A stretch of 64,000 bases of DNA from a virus: the IMG/VR virus record IMGVR_UViG_3300024999_000066, positions 25,920 through 89,919 of that record. The stretch is one strand, 5' to 3'. Position 1 is the stretch's first letter; every line of letters begins with the position of its first letter. The translations under genes were made by a program, and so were the position numbers. The notes beneath the pieces were generated by a model. It was given only the letters and a program-made list of their open reading frames with translations. It did no database searches and was not told the DNA's origin. Positions 35,822 through 44,771 of this stretch are shown in pieces.

Positions 35822-36249
35822 TTGCCGCTACTCCCAAAACCTTTCTCACCACGAATAGTCTCACTCAAACTATACACTTCCTGAAACATAACTTTCTGAT
35901 AAGGAATTACCATCCCTTGTGCAATTCGATCACCAGCATTAACTTCAAGTCCCCAACCTTGTTTATCACAAGACAACTTGACTTTAAGCTCTCCACGGTA
36001 ATCTGAATCAATTACACCAACACAATTACTTAGACGTACATCATTCTTGAATCCGTGACCACTACGACTAAAGATTAGCATTACATGGTCTTCTGGGATT
36101 TCAAATGCAAGACCAGTGGAATAAGTGTGTGGTGCATTGTAGTCTGTATCACCATTCAGCATTGTGTAGATATCAAAACAACCACTTCCATCTGTTGCGT
36201 AGGTTGGAAGCTTAGCGGCTTCGTACAGACGTTTTACTTTGACTTTCAA
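35818..36249 (-). CDS. dut: trimeric dUTPase
   Basis: SRSG, GVIDSDYRGE, GDRIAQ, RGEKGFGSSG. Confidence 0.95.
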   Translation of the reverse strand: MKVKVKRLYEAAKLPTYATDGSGCFDIYTMLNGDTDYNAPHTYSTGLAFEIPEDHVMLIFSRSGHGFKNDVRLSNCVGVIDSDYRGELKVKLSCDKQGWGLEVNAGDRIAQGMVIPYQKVMFQEVYSLSETIRGEKGFGSSGK

Positions 36250-36252
36250 AAT

Positions 36253-36432
36253 TTACTCCTTAATCAAGCTTTTAATAATATCACGAGTTCGTTCAAACAT
36301 GAACTCTTCAATTTCCAATTCTTCTTGTTCATTCAGATCCAAACTCCAAGCTGTTTTATCTCGGGAAATGTCTAGTTGTTCTTCAAGAAAGTCAACTAGC
36401 AAATATAATTCATCTTGATCATATTTAATCAT
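36253..36432 (-). CDS. small acidic protein (59 aa, not in ORF track)
   Basis: GGAGA RBS; open frame fills the gap. Confidence 0.45.
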   Translation of the reverse strand: MIKYDQDELYLLVDFLEEQLDISRDKTAWSLDLNEQEELEIEEFMFERTRDIIKSLIKE

Positions 36433-36649
36433 AAATAGTTTCTCCTGCCAACTTGTTATTAAAATGACGCCTTACAACATAACCCCTACCCAGACTCCAC
36501 ACTGTACAAAGAATAGTTGTAGAGGTAGCAATCCCAACAGGAGTTGTAAAGAACATCAAACAACCCATTGTAATTAACCAACTTCCTACCATGCCTATTG
36601 TAGTGTTTGTGCAGGTTTCAATCAAGGATTGTTTCTTAGTTTGTTTCAT
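36425..36649 (-). CDS. small two-TM membrane protein
   Basis: MKQTKKQSLIE..SLGRGYVVRRHFN. Confidence 0.65.
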   Translation of the reverse strand: MKQTKKQSLIETCTNTTIGMVGSWLITMGCLMFFTTPVGIATSTTILCTVWSLGRGYVVRRHFNNKLAGETIYD

Positions 36650-37191
36650 TTAATTTTACCAGTAAGAACCAATTCAAGTTCAGCTAAGATATTAAATGCT
36701 GTGTGGGCTAAGTGGACAATGTTACTCTCTTCATCAGTCCTGTCAATAGCTGCCACACCTTCAGCCTTCTGAATGAATCCTTTTACACGGTGACGACTAG
36801 CAGCGGCCGAGAATTCAGTTTCAGCGTTAGGAAGATTCTTAAAATCATTTGGCTGATAACCTTTAGCAGTCTCTGCCCAAGTCATTACCTTTGCAATCTC
36901 TAGAATAGCATTAGGGAATCCTTCATCAAACAGCTGCATCTTTACTTTACCAACTTTACGTTCTTCTAGTACAGGGCGTGCAATAGAAGATTCCTCGACC
37001 AATTCTACATGATCCGCACTAACCCAAACTGATTGACCGTAACGAGGAAAATCTTTTTCTGTTACATATGCATCTTCTTTGGGTAAATACATTTCAACCA
37101 CAAACTCTTCTTTAGCTTGATACCAAGTGTCTGAGCGTTCATGATCGTGATCTGCCAAAACTTTAATTGTTTGACCTTTAACGTAAGTCAT
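36646..37191 (-). CDS. dATP/dGTP diphosphohydrolase-like protein (DUF5664-like)
   Basis: GKVKMQL..IAKVMTW..AAASRH..DEESNIVHLAHTAFN. Confidence 0.7.
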   Translation of the reverse strand: MTYVKGQTIKVLADHDHERSDTWYQAKEEFVVEMYLPKEDAYVTEKDFPRYGQSVWVSADHVELVEESSIARPVLEERKVGKVKMQLFDEGFPNAILEIAKVMTWAETAKGYQPNDFKNLPNAETEFSAAASRHRVKGFIQKAEGVAAIDRTDEESNIVHLAHTAFNILAELELVLTGKIK

Positions 37192-37338
37192 CTTTCTCTC
37201 CTTTCAATCGTTTAATCTGCTCAAGCATATCCGCTTGCTGTTGTTTTAGAGTATGAACTTCTCGGCTAAGATTGTCAACAGTTAATTCTAATATTTCAAC
37301 AGTGCGAATCAATTTGTAATTCTCGATTTTAGTTCTCC

Positions 37339-37965
37339 TTAATAAACTAAGAAACTTGTAGTTATATTTCCAGCGTTACTATCTAGCCTAAGAGCTTCAG
37401 CTTTTCTCCTTAACGCATCAACTACAAAAGGTTTTACGTGCTCTTCTTTAGAATAGTCATACGCTGCCTCCAATATGATTTCTACTTTTTCTTGCTGCCA
37501 AACTTTATGAGCTTCTTGTGGTGTGTAGAATGAACCAAGACACTTTCTCACACCTTTATAGTTGATTTCAGAAACATACCGTCTAACTCTGTCGTCTTTA
37601 TACACAACACCTAATGGACACTCTTGTTTTCTTGCCTGAGTGTGCAGTAAAGAGTTTAGCCAATCAGGCACCATTACACAAGCATCTTTTGAATATTCCT
37701 TATTGTTAGGGACGAGAATATCCTTGTCAACTTGAGCACCCATGAAGAACTCACAATCATACCAAGACTTATAGTCGCTGAAGCTCCACCAATCTTCTCT
37801 TGTCGTACATTCTTTGTAGGTTGGTCTAGATATATGGGTAGATGCATCATAACACCTACGCAGCATGGAAAACCAATTTGCGTAAGACTTTATAATTTTA
37901 TTATCTTCCTTGACCTTACCAGACCAATCATTTACACCTACACCATATACTAGCTTATTTCTCAT
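37339..37965 (-). CDS. HNH-like homing endonuclease with AP2-like domain
   Basis: VYGVGVND, W.SMLRRCY, VDKDIL..YSKDAC, LGSFYTPQEAH. Confidence 0.8.
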   Translation of the reverse strand: MRNKLVYGVGVNDWSGKVKEDNKIIKSYANWFSMLRRCYDASTHISRPTYKECTTREDWWSFSDYKSWYDCEFFMGAQVDKDILVPNNKEYSKDACVMVPDWLNSLLHTQARKQECPLGVVYKDDRVRRYVSEINYKGVRKCLGSFYTPQEAHKVWQQEKVEIILEAAYDYSKEEHVKPFVVDALRRKAEALRLDSNAGNITTSFLVY

Positions 37966-37967
37966 AG

Positions 37968-38894
37968 TTACCCTGTAATATTAGAAAGCAAAGAATCTCT
38001 CTTTTCTTTTGGCAAGAGATTCACTCGGCTCCTGCGTTGAACACCAGTGTTTTTATTCCGATACCGCTTATATTTACCTACGTTAGAGTAATGGAAACCA
38101 TCTTCTTCCCACACAGACATATCTAGAATTTCATCTACATATACGTCAAAGTTAGGGAGTGTATTATCCCAGCTACTAAGAATGTCGTAGAGTTCTTCTA
38201 GAGAAAGAACATCATTAACATTGTAGAGCTTCATTTCAGCCCAAGCTTCTGGATTGTTTTTCATACACTCTGCCCAAAGCAGATGACCAGCAAACTTACC
38301 ATGCTCAAGTTTCTTGTAACGTGTGCAGAGCTTGTCAGTCATATACTGTAACTTGTTACTAGTGAAACCAAATTGAGCTTTAGCAATGTTTAATGTATCA
38401 ATCTGCCGGAATGTACTTGGCTTAGGATAACCATTAAGTACCAGACGGGCATTGATTTTCTTCACATCAAATCGCTTACTATTCTGACCAACAATAATAT
38501 CAGCTTCGTTCATCAACTTCCACAAATTACCGAGAAGTTTACTATCATCTTCAAAGTCTTCTGAGCCTTGTAAGTCTTCATAGATGATTTGTTCTGAGCC
38601 TTTCCATTTAGCACAATAGCTTAGGATGCTCCAATCTTCTTGAATCTGATTAAGTCCTACGTTCTGATCCCACAATGCCCACACTTGAGCAAGGATAGGT
38701 TTCAGCTCAATATCGATAAAGAGGATCTTTGGTCCAGTTGTATCAATTGTGCAAGTTTTCTTACTGTCAAACATAGACTTAAAGAAGTCATTTACGTGCG
38801 TCTTACTTTTACCAATAATATTAGCAATCGCTCGACCACTAAATCCTTTGTCTCGTAGACTCAAAGCTTCCTTGTGCCATTCTTTACTAATCAA
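37968..38894 (-). CDS. DEDD/RNase H-fold 3'-5' exonuclease with N-terminal HTH
   Basis: LFIDIE, GQNSKRFD, IDTL, YNVNDV. Confidence 0.8.
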   Translation of the reverse strand: MISKEWHKEALSLRDKGFSGRAIANIIGKSKTHVNDFFKSMFDSKKTCTIDTTGPKILFIDIELKPILAQVWALWDQNVGLNQIQEDWSILSYCAKWKGSEQIIYEDLQGSEDFEDDSKLLGNLWKLMNEADIIVGQNSKRFDVKKINARLVLNGYPKPSTFRQIDTLNIAKAQFGFTSNKLQYMTDKLCTRYKKLEHGKFAGHLLWAECMKNNPEAWAEMKLYNVNDVLSLEELYDILSSWDNTLPNFDVYVDEILDMSVWEEDGFHYSNVGKYKRYRNKNTGVQRRSRVNLLPKEKRDSLLSNITG

Positions 38895-39097
38895 TCCAAT
38901 TCCCCTTTAAGTTTTAATACCAATTCATAGAGTTGGTTATTGATTGTTAATACAGTATCAAGCGTCTCTTGCTTCTGATATACGCTGAACGAATGAAAGT
39001 CTCGGCTGATGATTTCATTCCTACCTCGCCAGAAGTCTAGCTTAGAGATAATCGGTATAGTTGCCTTTTCTGGAAATAAGTCTATAACACTTCCCAT
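38891..39097 (-). CDS. hypothetical protein
   Basis: MGSVIDLFP; coupled to the next gene. Confidence 0.5.
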   Translation of the reverse strand: MGSVIDLFPEKATIPIISKLDFWRGRNEIISRDFHSFSVYQKQETLDTVLTINNQLYELVLKLKGELD

Positions 39098-39188
39098 ATC
39101 TATACACCCAATTGTGAACACCACACATTGAAATAAATGCTAAACTGAACAAACTCACACCAGAAAATTGCTGTCCAATAATCTTTAA

Positions 39189-39380
39189 TCACTTGTATGT
39201 CTCCGTAAATTCTTCATCTGTTGGGATAGTTCCTGAGATAACTACGTCACCAATAATATTTACAGTGTTATCTTTCATTGCAAGTTGAAGTAGCTTGTCT
39301 ACAGATGCTTGAAGTACAGCAATTTGAATGCTGAGTTCCGTATAGGCAGCACTGTTCACTTTCAATTTTTTGTCAGTCAT
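39189..39380 (-). CDS. hypothetical protein
   Basis: 63-aa ORF. Confidence 0.5.
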   Translation of the reverse strand: MTDKKLKVNSAAYTELSIQIAVLQASVDKLLQLAMKDNTVNIIGDVVISGTIPTDEEFTETYK

Positions 39381-39523
39381 TTTTATTACTCACTTTGAAT
39401 GTGTAAGTATCGAGAGGGAAATCCATAAGAACACCCTCTATGCGGAAAATCTGATCTTGTAGGGAAACTTCTTCTACATTAATAAATGTAAAGACTAACT
39501 TACCTGTCTCTTTGTTATGAATA

Positions 39524-40117
39524 TCAACTTCCACTGTCTTTCTCCTCAATTAAACACTGTCTTACAGCATTTCTTCGTGCCTGTGGATTCTTAGCAACCT
39601 TTACTCCTCGATCACCAAGCCATTTATCAATCTGTGCAGCTTTCATCTTACAAATCTGAATTACTTCACGTTCGATCTTAGCATCATCAAAAGAGATGTT
39701 CAAGGACTCACTCAATGTTTTTGTACGATGGCAACCTTCTTTGCACAGCACTTGCAGACCATCAAAATTAACCATCAAAATATTATTGAAGTAGTTAGGA
39801 AAGTCTTCAACCTTTGTGAAGCTACTTCCTCCTACATGTACGTGGTCAATTTCTACGTCAGAAAGCTTGAACAAACCTTCACAAATCTCGCACCTTACCA
39901 ACCACTTGGTTCTAGTGCTATCGTCCATATCAGGTATGGTTTTGCTATACAAATAGGCCAATTTAACGTCTGATTTCATCCAAGCCTGTCTGATAGCAGA
40001 TCGTACAACAGAGACAACATGCTTCTCTTGTGGTGAACCGTCTTCGTTGAGCTTCTTCATGAACTCTTTTAGTTTGTCTTCACGCTTCTTGATATCTAGA
40101 GTTGATGGGACTGTCAT
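39524..40117 (-). CDS. HNH endonuclease in the replication module
   Basis: CEIC..EIDH..LQVLC..CHRTKT; ATGA-coupled to the exonuclease. Confidence 0.75.
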   Translation of the reverse strand: MTVPSTLDIKKREDKLKEFMKKLNEDGSPQEKHVVSVVRSAIRQAWMKSDVKLAYLYSKTIPDMDDSTRTKWLVRCEICEGLFKLSDVEIDHVHVGGSSFTKVEDFPNYFNNILMVNFDGLQVLCKEGCHRTKTLSESLNISFDDAKIEREVIQICKMKAAQIDKWLGDRGVKVAKNPQARRNAVRQCLIEEKDSGS

Positions 40118-41115
40118 TCAATGCCCATCCGTTCCAAAACATCATAAGCGCTAACTTCATCACCTTCAAACCTCAACATTCTAGCCATCTGAAGTTGTTC
40201 GTTCAAGACATATTTCCAGTCAATCTCAAACTCATCTCCTTTCCAACCTGTCACTACTTTAGGTTCTGGATACAAAGTTTTAAAGATTTCAGCAGCTTTA
40301 ACCCAAGACTCTTTATCATTGGTGCAATCTTTCAAAGCCTCGTAAGCTGTTACCTCGCCCCAGTAAACATCAGAGAAGGCGTGAGCTTTATAGTTGTCAG
40401 AATCGTCTTGTCCACATACCTGCCACATTAGATGGAGACGCCCTTCTCCACGTACTTTACCCTTAGAATCTCGCCACAAAGAGCCGAACTTATCGCAGTT
40501 TACAATGCCACGCTCAGGACTATTTACATTGAAGACGTTGACAGGGCATCCCCAGAAATCTTTATCTTCGCAAAGGATAAAGTGGTCTGGTTTCTTGTAA
40601 GCTTCCATCACACATTTGTCGTCATTCTCAATGTGTGTAACTACTTCAGCTTTAAACTTCTTGGTAAGGTATTCGGACACTTCATCAAGTAAAAGCGCTT
40701 TGATTGTGTTATCGCGATTCCCTTTGTATTTGAGCAATGTACTCTTCTGTACTCGGAAACTTTCACCTTTACCAATAAAAGCTTTATAACCTGTTGCACC
40801 AGAAGCTTCAATTGCTCGTTCAACCATAAGCTTTGCTGAGTGTAGCACATTTTCAATCGGCTGAGCTACTTGAATGTCTTCATAAGTAAAGTGCTCTGGA
40901 AGTGCAATCTTTTCAGGTTCACGACCTTCGTTTACGTCGGCTAACCAACCACCAGCCTTTTTCTTATGATGCCCGTAAAACTCAGTGCGTGTTTTAAAAG
41001 ATTTCTGCCAACCAGTTTCTTTATGTTTAACTAGGACTGAACGATCTTCACCAACACTTGCAACTCCATGCTTGAACATGTCTAAATCTATGACTGCAAT
41101 TTTACTCATCTTCAT
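40114..41115 (-). CDS. 5'-3' exonuclease (T7 gp6 / FEN-like)
   Basis: IAVIDLD, FR..YKGNR, ENDD, EDKD, DDSDNY. Confidence 0.85.
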   Translation of the reverse strand: MKMSKIAVIDLDMFKHGVASVGEDRSVLVKHKETGWQKSFKTRTEFYGHHKKKAGGWLADVNEGREPEKIALPEHFTYEDIQVAQPIENVLHSAKLMVERAIEASGATGYKAFIGKGESFRVQKSTLLKYKGNRDNTIKALLLDEVSEYLTKKFKAEVVTHIENDDKCVMEAYKKPDHFILCEDKDFWGCPVNVFNVNSPERGIVNCDKFGSLWRDSKGKVRGEGRLHLMWQVCGQDDSDNYKAHAFSDVYWGEVTAYEALKDCTNDKESWVKAAEIFKTLYPEPKVVTGWKGDEFEIDWKYVLNEQLQMARMLRFEGDEVSAYDVLERMGIE

Positions 41116-41311
41116 ATTCCCACAGATCAAAGATATCCTTAATTTGAGGATCATCATAATAATCTGATTCACAAAGATTATCCCAATCTTGACACTCAAG
41201 AGCTTCATTGACATCAACGAGAATAGTCTTGAATTGTTTGTCACTTACTTTAGCTTCACGAAGAGCTTCAACTAGTGTGTCAAAGATTTGTGTTCCACCA
41301 CCCCAGCCCAT
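41102..41311 (-). CDS. hypothetical protein
   Basis: GAGGAG RBS, MGWGGGTQIFD. Confidence 0.6.
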   Translation of the reverse strand: MGWGGGTQIFDTLVEALREAKVSDKQFKTILVDVNEALECQDWDNLCESDYYDDPQIKDIFDLWEYEDE

Positions 41312-41356
41312 AATATTTCTCCTCTTATAGAGAAGGGGCTTTCGCCCCATTCAAAT

Positions 41357-41614
41357 TCAATCATTATACTGAGTAAGTTCTTCATACTTCTTGAACACAG
41401 CATTTGCAGCATCTTTCTTTTCCTCAAAATCGCGTTTAGCTTCAAACTTAGCGGCTGCTGCAATGAGTTTGATTACTTCGGCAGTAAGACCTTGAGGACA
41501 ATCATCTTCATTATACTTACTGTCTGCTTTGAGCTGTCGGATGTCTTCAGCCAACACAAGTTTCTGAGATTCCAAGTCTGCCAGTCGGTCGAACAACTCT
41601 TTTTCGCTAATCAT
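41357..41614 (-). CDS. GapR/T4 DsbA-like dsDNA-binding protein
   Basis: LFDRLADLE.QK..LAEDIRQLKAD..GL..EVIKLI pattern. Confidence 0.55.
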   Translation of the reverse strand: MISEKELFDRLADLESQKLVLAEDIRQLKADSKYNEDDCPQGLTAEVIKLIAAAAKFEAKRDFEEKKDAANAVFKKYEELTQYND

Positions 41615-41624
41615 TTTATTCTCC

Positions 41625-41759
41625 TTATCGTGTCAGTCGTTGAATTGCAGAACTCAGTACATTAATCAAATCAGCTTGCTCTTTAGCGATAGCTGAATCG
41701 AGTGCTGCATAGAGTTTGCTCAGTGTTTGTGCTTCTGTGTTACGAGCTTCTACAGTCAT
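41625..41759 (-). CDS. small hypothetical protein (44 aa)
   Basis: GGAGA RBS, ATGA overlap. Confidence 0.45.
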   Translation of the reverse strand: MTVEARNTEAQTLSKLYAALDSAIAKEQADLINVLSSAIQRLTR

Positions 41760-42289
41760 ATTACATTCTCCATTTCATTTAGTTTGTCGGGATCACGTCC
41801 CAGTTCATTCAAGCGTTTGTGTTCTTTACCATGACAACTTGTACAAAGCCAAATAACATCAAGCCAATGTTCAGGTAAGTAAGACCAGTGATGGCCTTGG
41901 ATTTTCTTTTCAGAAGTTCCACAGTGTTCACAGATAGGTGGTCTAAACAGCCTTCCATCTCTTAAAGCATTTGATACAGCATATTGCGCTTTTCGTTTGT
42001 GTTGATTATTAAGTCTCCACTTTTCTTTATGAGCTAAGATACTAGACCTAAATTCTTCATCTGAATTATAAAGTTCCTTAACCCTAGCAGCGCATTTTAG
42101 TGCCCGCTCTTCTGAGTTAAATCTGTTTCGATCAAATTCATCGTAATACTCTTTTTTGTCAAACCTGTTATCACGAACATCTTTCTTATTGCACTCTTTG
42201 CACTTATTTACAGTGCCGTCTGGCATTTGAGGGTGCTTATAGAACTCAGTTAACTCCTTCTCAATACCACATTTAAAACACTTCTTCAT
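41756..42289 (-). CDS. HNH endonuclease with Zn fingers
   Basis: CFKC..CKEC; CEHC..QGHH..WLCTSCHGKEH. Confidence 0.8.
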   Translation of the reverse strand: MKKCFKCGIEKELTEFYKHPQMPDGTVNKCKECNKKDVRDNRFDKKEYYDEFDRNRFNSEERALKCAARVKELYNSDEEFRSSILAHKEKWRLNNQHKRKAQYAVSNALRDGRLFRPPICEHCGTSEKKIQGHHWSYLPEHWLDVIWLCTSCHGKEHKRLNELGRDPDKLNEMENVI

Positions 42290-42331
42290 AAAAGTTAGCC
42301 TTTGAAAATGGACTTCCTTGTCCAACACATC

Positions 42332-43057
42332 TTAGATGATCATAAGCAACCGATCACTGATGCGCATAAAGGGCAGATCTTGTTCGAAAGAAGTGTCCAC
42401 ATCTTCAACTACTGGGGCAGCTTTAGCCTTTGGTGCTGGAGCTTCTTGCTCCTCTGCTTTAGGCTCAGCTTTCTTCACCTTGTAGCTGCCCAGAATATCA
42501 TCAACAACTTCATCTGAAGAAGTCTTACCTTCATATGCAACGTGTTCAATCACTTGCACAGTGTCAATGGTAACAGTAAGCTGACCTTCAACGTTTTTAT
42601 ATCCGAAGAGCTTAAGAGTACAGATGCTCCCATTGCCAATGTTGTCAGTGAAAGCATTACCATCTTTATCAATGACATTCACTGTCATCTTATTGCCTTT
42701 CTTGCTGAACTCAGGCTTGGCTACAGTGAACCCGTGCATACCAGCAACAACATCGTAGTTTACTTTCCCTTCTTCAACCTGCGAAGACAGGGGAAACTTG
42801 ATGCGTCTCGGCGCCTTAGAAGTTTTGGTAACACCAACCTCAGCAAAACTCTTGTTCAACATAACTTCATCAATCAATTTGTCCTTAGTCTCTTCACTTA
42901 CAAAGGATTGAAGACTGAACTCTTTATCTGTTGATTGGTATTTGGTACGAACATCATGTACCGATGCATAGAACACAGGTGTGTTCAAGATGTAGACGTT
43001 GAAAGTTTCCAAAGTACCGGACTTAGGGAGTTGCTTTACAATTACGCTAGTAGTCAT
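42332..43057 (-). CDS. single-stranded DNA-binding protein (T7 gp2.5-like)
   Basis: IGNGS..VQVIEHVAY, acidic tail with DLPF. Confidence 0.7.
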   Translation of the reverse strand: MTTSVIVKQLPKSGTLETFNVYILNTPVFYASVHDVRTKYQSTDKEFSLQSFVSEETKDKLIDEVMLNKSFAEVGVTKTSKAPRRIKFPLSSQVEEGKVNYDVVAGMHGFTVAKPEFSKKGNKMTVNVIDKDGNAFTDNIGNGSICTLKLFGYKNVEGQLTVTIDTVQVIEHVAYEGKTSSDEVVDDILGSYKVKKAEPKAEEQEAPAPKAKAAPVVEDVDTSFEQDLPFMRISDRLLMII

Positions 43058-43124
43058 TTAATTTTCTCTATTAAGTTGTGTATATTATTTAGTTCACATT
43101 ACGTTGAGTATTTTAAGACTCGTT

Positions 43125-43418
43125 TTATTTAGCAATCTTATCCGCTTTGTTAGCCGAGATATTCTTACCAAATTCTTTTGCAGTTTTCTCAAACTGTTGA
43201 TAGGTATTTACAGTGAGAGCCAACGAATGATCATCACTAATACCAGCAGCTTGGAAAGCTTTGTATATTTTAATTTTGTTAGTAACAGTACGGTCAATTA
43301 CAAAATCTGTAATTTCATTGTATTCAGCCTCATAAGCTTTCAGACCATCAATCACTTTACGTGCAACTGGTTGGAATTGTGGCAGCAGATCGATGTATTG
43401 CATAATTTCCTGAATCAT
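43125..43418 (-). CDS. hypothetical protein
   Basis: 97 aa, AAGGAG RBS. Confidence 0.6.
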   Translation of the reverse strand: MIQEIMQYIDLLPQFQPVARKVIDGLKAYEAEYNEITDFVIDRTVTNKIKIYKAFQAAGISDDHSLALTVNTYQQFEKTAKEFGKNISANKADKIAK

Positions 43419-43436
43419 TTTATCTCCTTAATTAAA

Positions 43437-43646
43437 TTACTTCTTATCCAGATATGCAATGGTAATTGCAATCAACCCAACAACGGCTGCAATAGCTAGT
43501 ACTACAGCAATTGGCAACCAAAATGGACTCAACACCCAAAGCCAACTCCAAGTTGCTACAGTTCCAATCTCAGCCAACTTAAGTGTTACAAAGATCAGAC
43601 CTAGAATACCGAAGATTGGGAAACTTACAGATTTAGTTTTACTCAA
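43437..43646 (-). CDS. small membrane protein
   Basis: IFVTLKL..TWSWLWVLSPFW. Confidence 0.65.
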   Translation of the reverse strand: MSKTKSVSFPIFGILGLIFVTLKLAEIGTVATWSWLWVLSPFWLPIAVVLAIAAVVGLIAITIAYLDKK

Positions 43647-43900
43647 TGTTTTGTCTCCTTTGCTTTCTTTTTCACGTCAATGAAGGGTTTAGCTGGCTCA
43701 GAGTTACCGAAGATATCACTTCCTTCAGGATCTGTAAACAATCCTTCACCACCAAGATTAAATCCTTTGACAGCATTAGTCAGACGTTCAACCTTAATAT
43801 CTTCCCAAGCGAAGAAGTCACTCGCATCCGTGAAAGTGTACTCAGTTTCGTAGCTTACTTCACCAACTTTTTCTTTGCTGTTTACTTTGATGCTGCCCAT
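43643..43900 (-). CDS. hypothetical protein
   Basis: 85-aa ORF. Confidence 0.55.
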   Translation of the reverse strand: MGSIKVNSKEKVGEVSYETEYTFTDASDFFAWEDIKVERLTNAVKGFNLGGEGLFTDPEGSDIFGNSEPAKPFIDVKKKAKETKH

Positions 43901-43901
43901 A

Positions 43902-44066
43902 TCAACGTACTACTTTAGATTTAACAAACTGTACAATCTGAAATTGATTACCAGAGTTATAGCTTTCAAACTCACGCTTAATTTCTCGTGCAGCTTCGCG
44001 TGTAGTGGTTGCTTCAAGAGTCAGACCAGTTGCTTTCTCGATTACTGCGTAGATTGCATTTTTCAT
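43902..44066 (-). CDS. small hypothetical protein (54 aa, not in ORF track)
   Basis: GAGGA RBS, MKNAIYAVIEKATG. Confidence 0.5.
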   Translation of the reverse strand: MKNAIYAVIEKATGLTLEATTTREAAREIKREFESYNSGNQFQIVQFVKSKVVR

Positions 44067-44701
44067 TTTGATTCCTCATAATTTTGATATTTATTTACTA
44101 AAGCTTTTGTTACTCGTTCATCATTTATCTTCTCTGCCCACAATAGGGCAAACTCTAACTTCCTTCCTCTCCAAGCATTGTGAGCCTCCTCAGCTGTGTC
44201 AAAATATCCTAAATACTCTACTTCACCATCAAAAGGGTTACAAACTTTACTCATAAATCTACCACTTGTTGTTGGGTAGGCACCTTTTGGTAGTTCTGAA
44301 TTCTTACCTTTTCTTTGAAAATCTATCAAAAACTTATTTAATTCTTGTGGGATAAAAATACAAGTCTCTGGTGAGTATATCTTATTTTCTCCTGAAAGCA
44401 AATCTTTATCTAACTGCTTCCCTTCCCAATCTTGTGTCTCCATCCAACACTTGAATTTAGAAAAGTATATCCAATCGGAAAATAAATCAACATTTTCATA
44501 GGTCGGATATTTATTTATCCACTCTGGACTAAATCTATAAATTAATTTAGTCCACACTAAATGGAATGGACAATGCCAAATTTGTCGTTGCCTTTGTTTA
44601 CCATTGGTATCGATATATTTTTCAGTCTTGGAAGTGACATAATCTGCATCATTTATTCCTAGACCATATGTCATACCTCTACTCTTACTCATACCTCTCA
44701 T
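44063..44701 (-). CDS. HNH-like homing endonuclease with AP2-like domain (paralogue of 37339..37965)
   Basis: YGLGINDA, QLDKDLL..YSPETC, YLGYFDTAEEAH. Confidence 0.8.
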   Translation of the reverse strand: MRGMSKSRGMTYGLGINDADYVTSKTEKYIDTNGKQRQRQIWHCPFHLVWTKLIYRFSPEWINKYPTYENVDLFSDWIYFSKFKCWMETQDWEGKQLDKDLLSGENKIYSPETCIFIPQELNKFLIDFQRKGKNSELPKGAYPTTSGRFMSKVCNPFDGEVEYLGYFDTAEEAHNAWRGRKLEFALLWAEKINDERVTKALVNKYQNYEESK

Positions 44702-44771
44702 TTATTCATCCTGCATTTATTTTTCATACATCAATTTTGACACGATTTTATCAACCTGTAAAGCAGTATTT

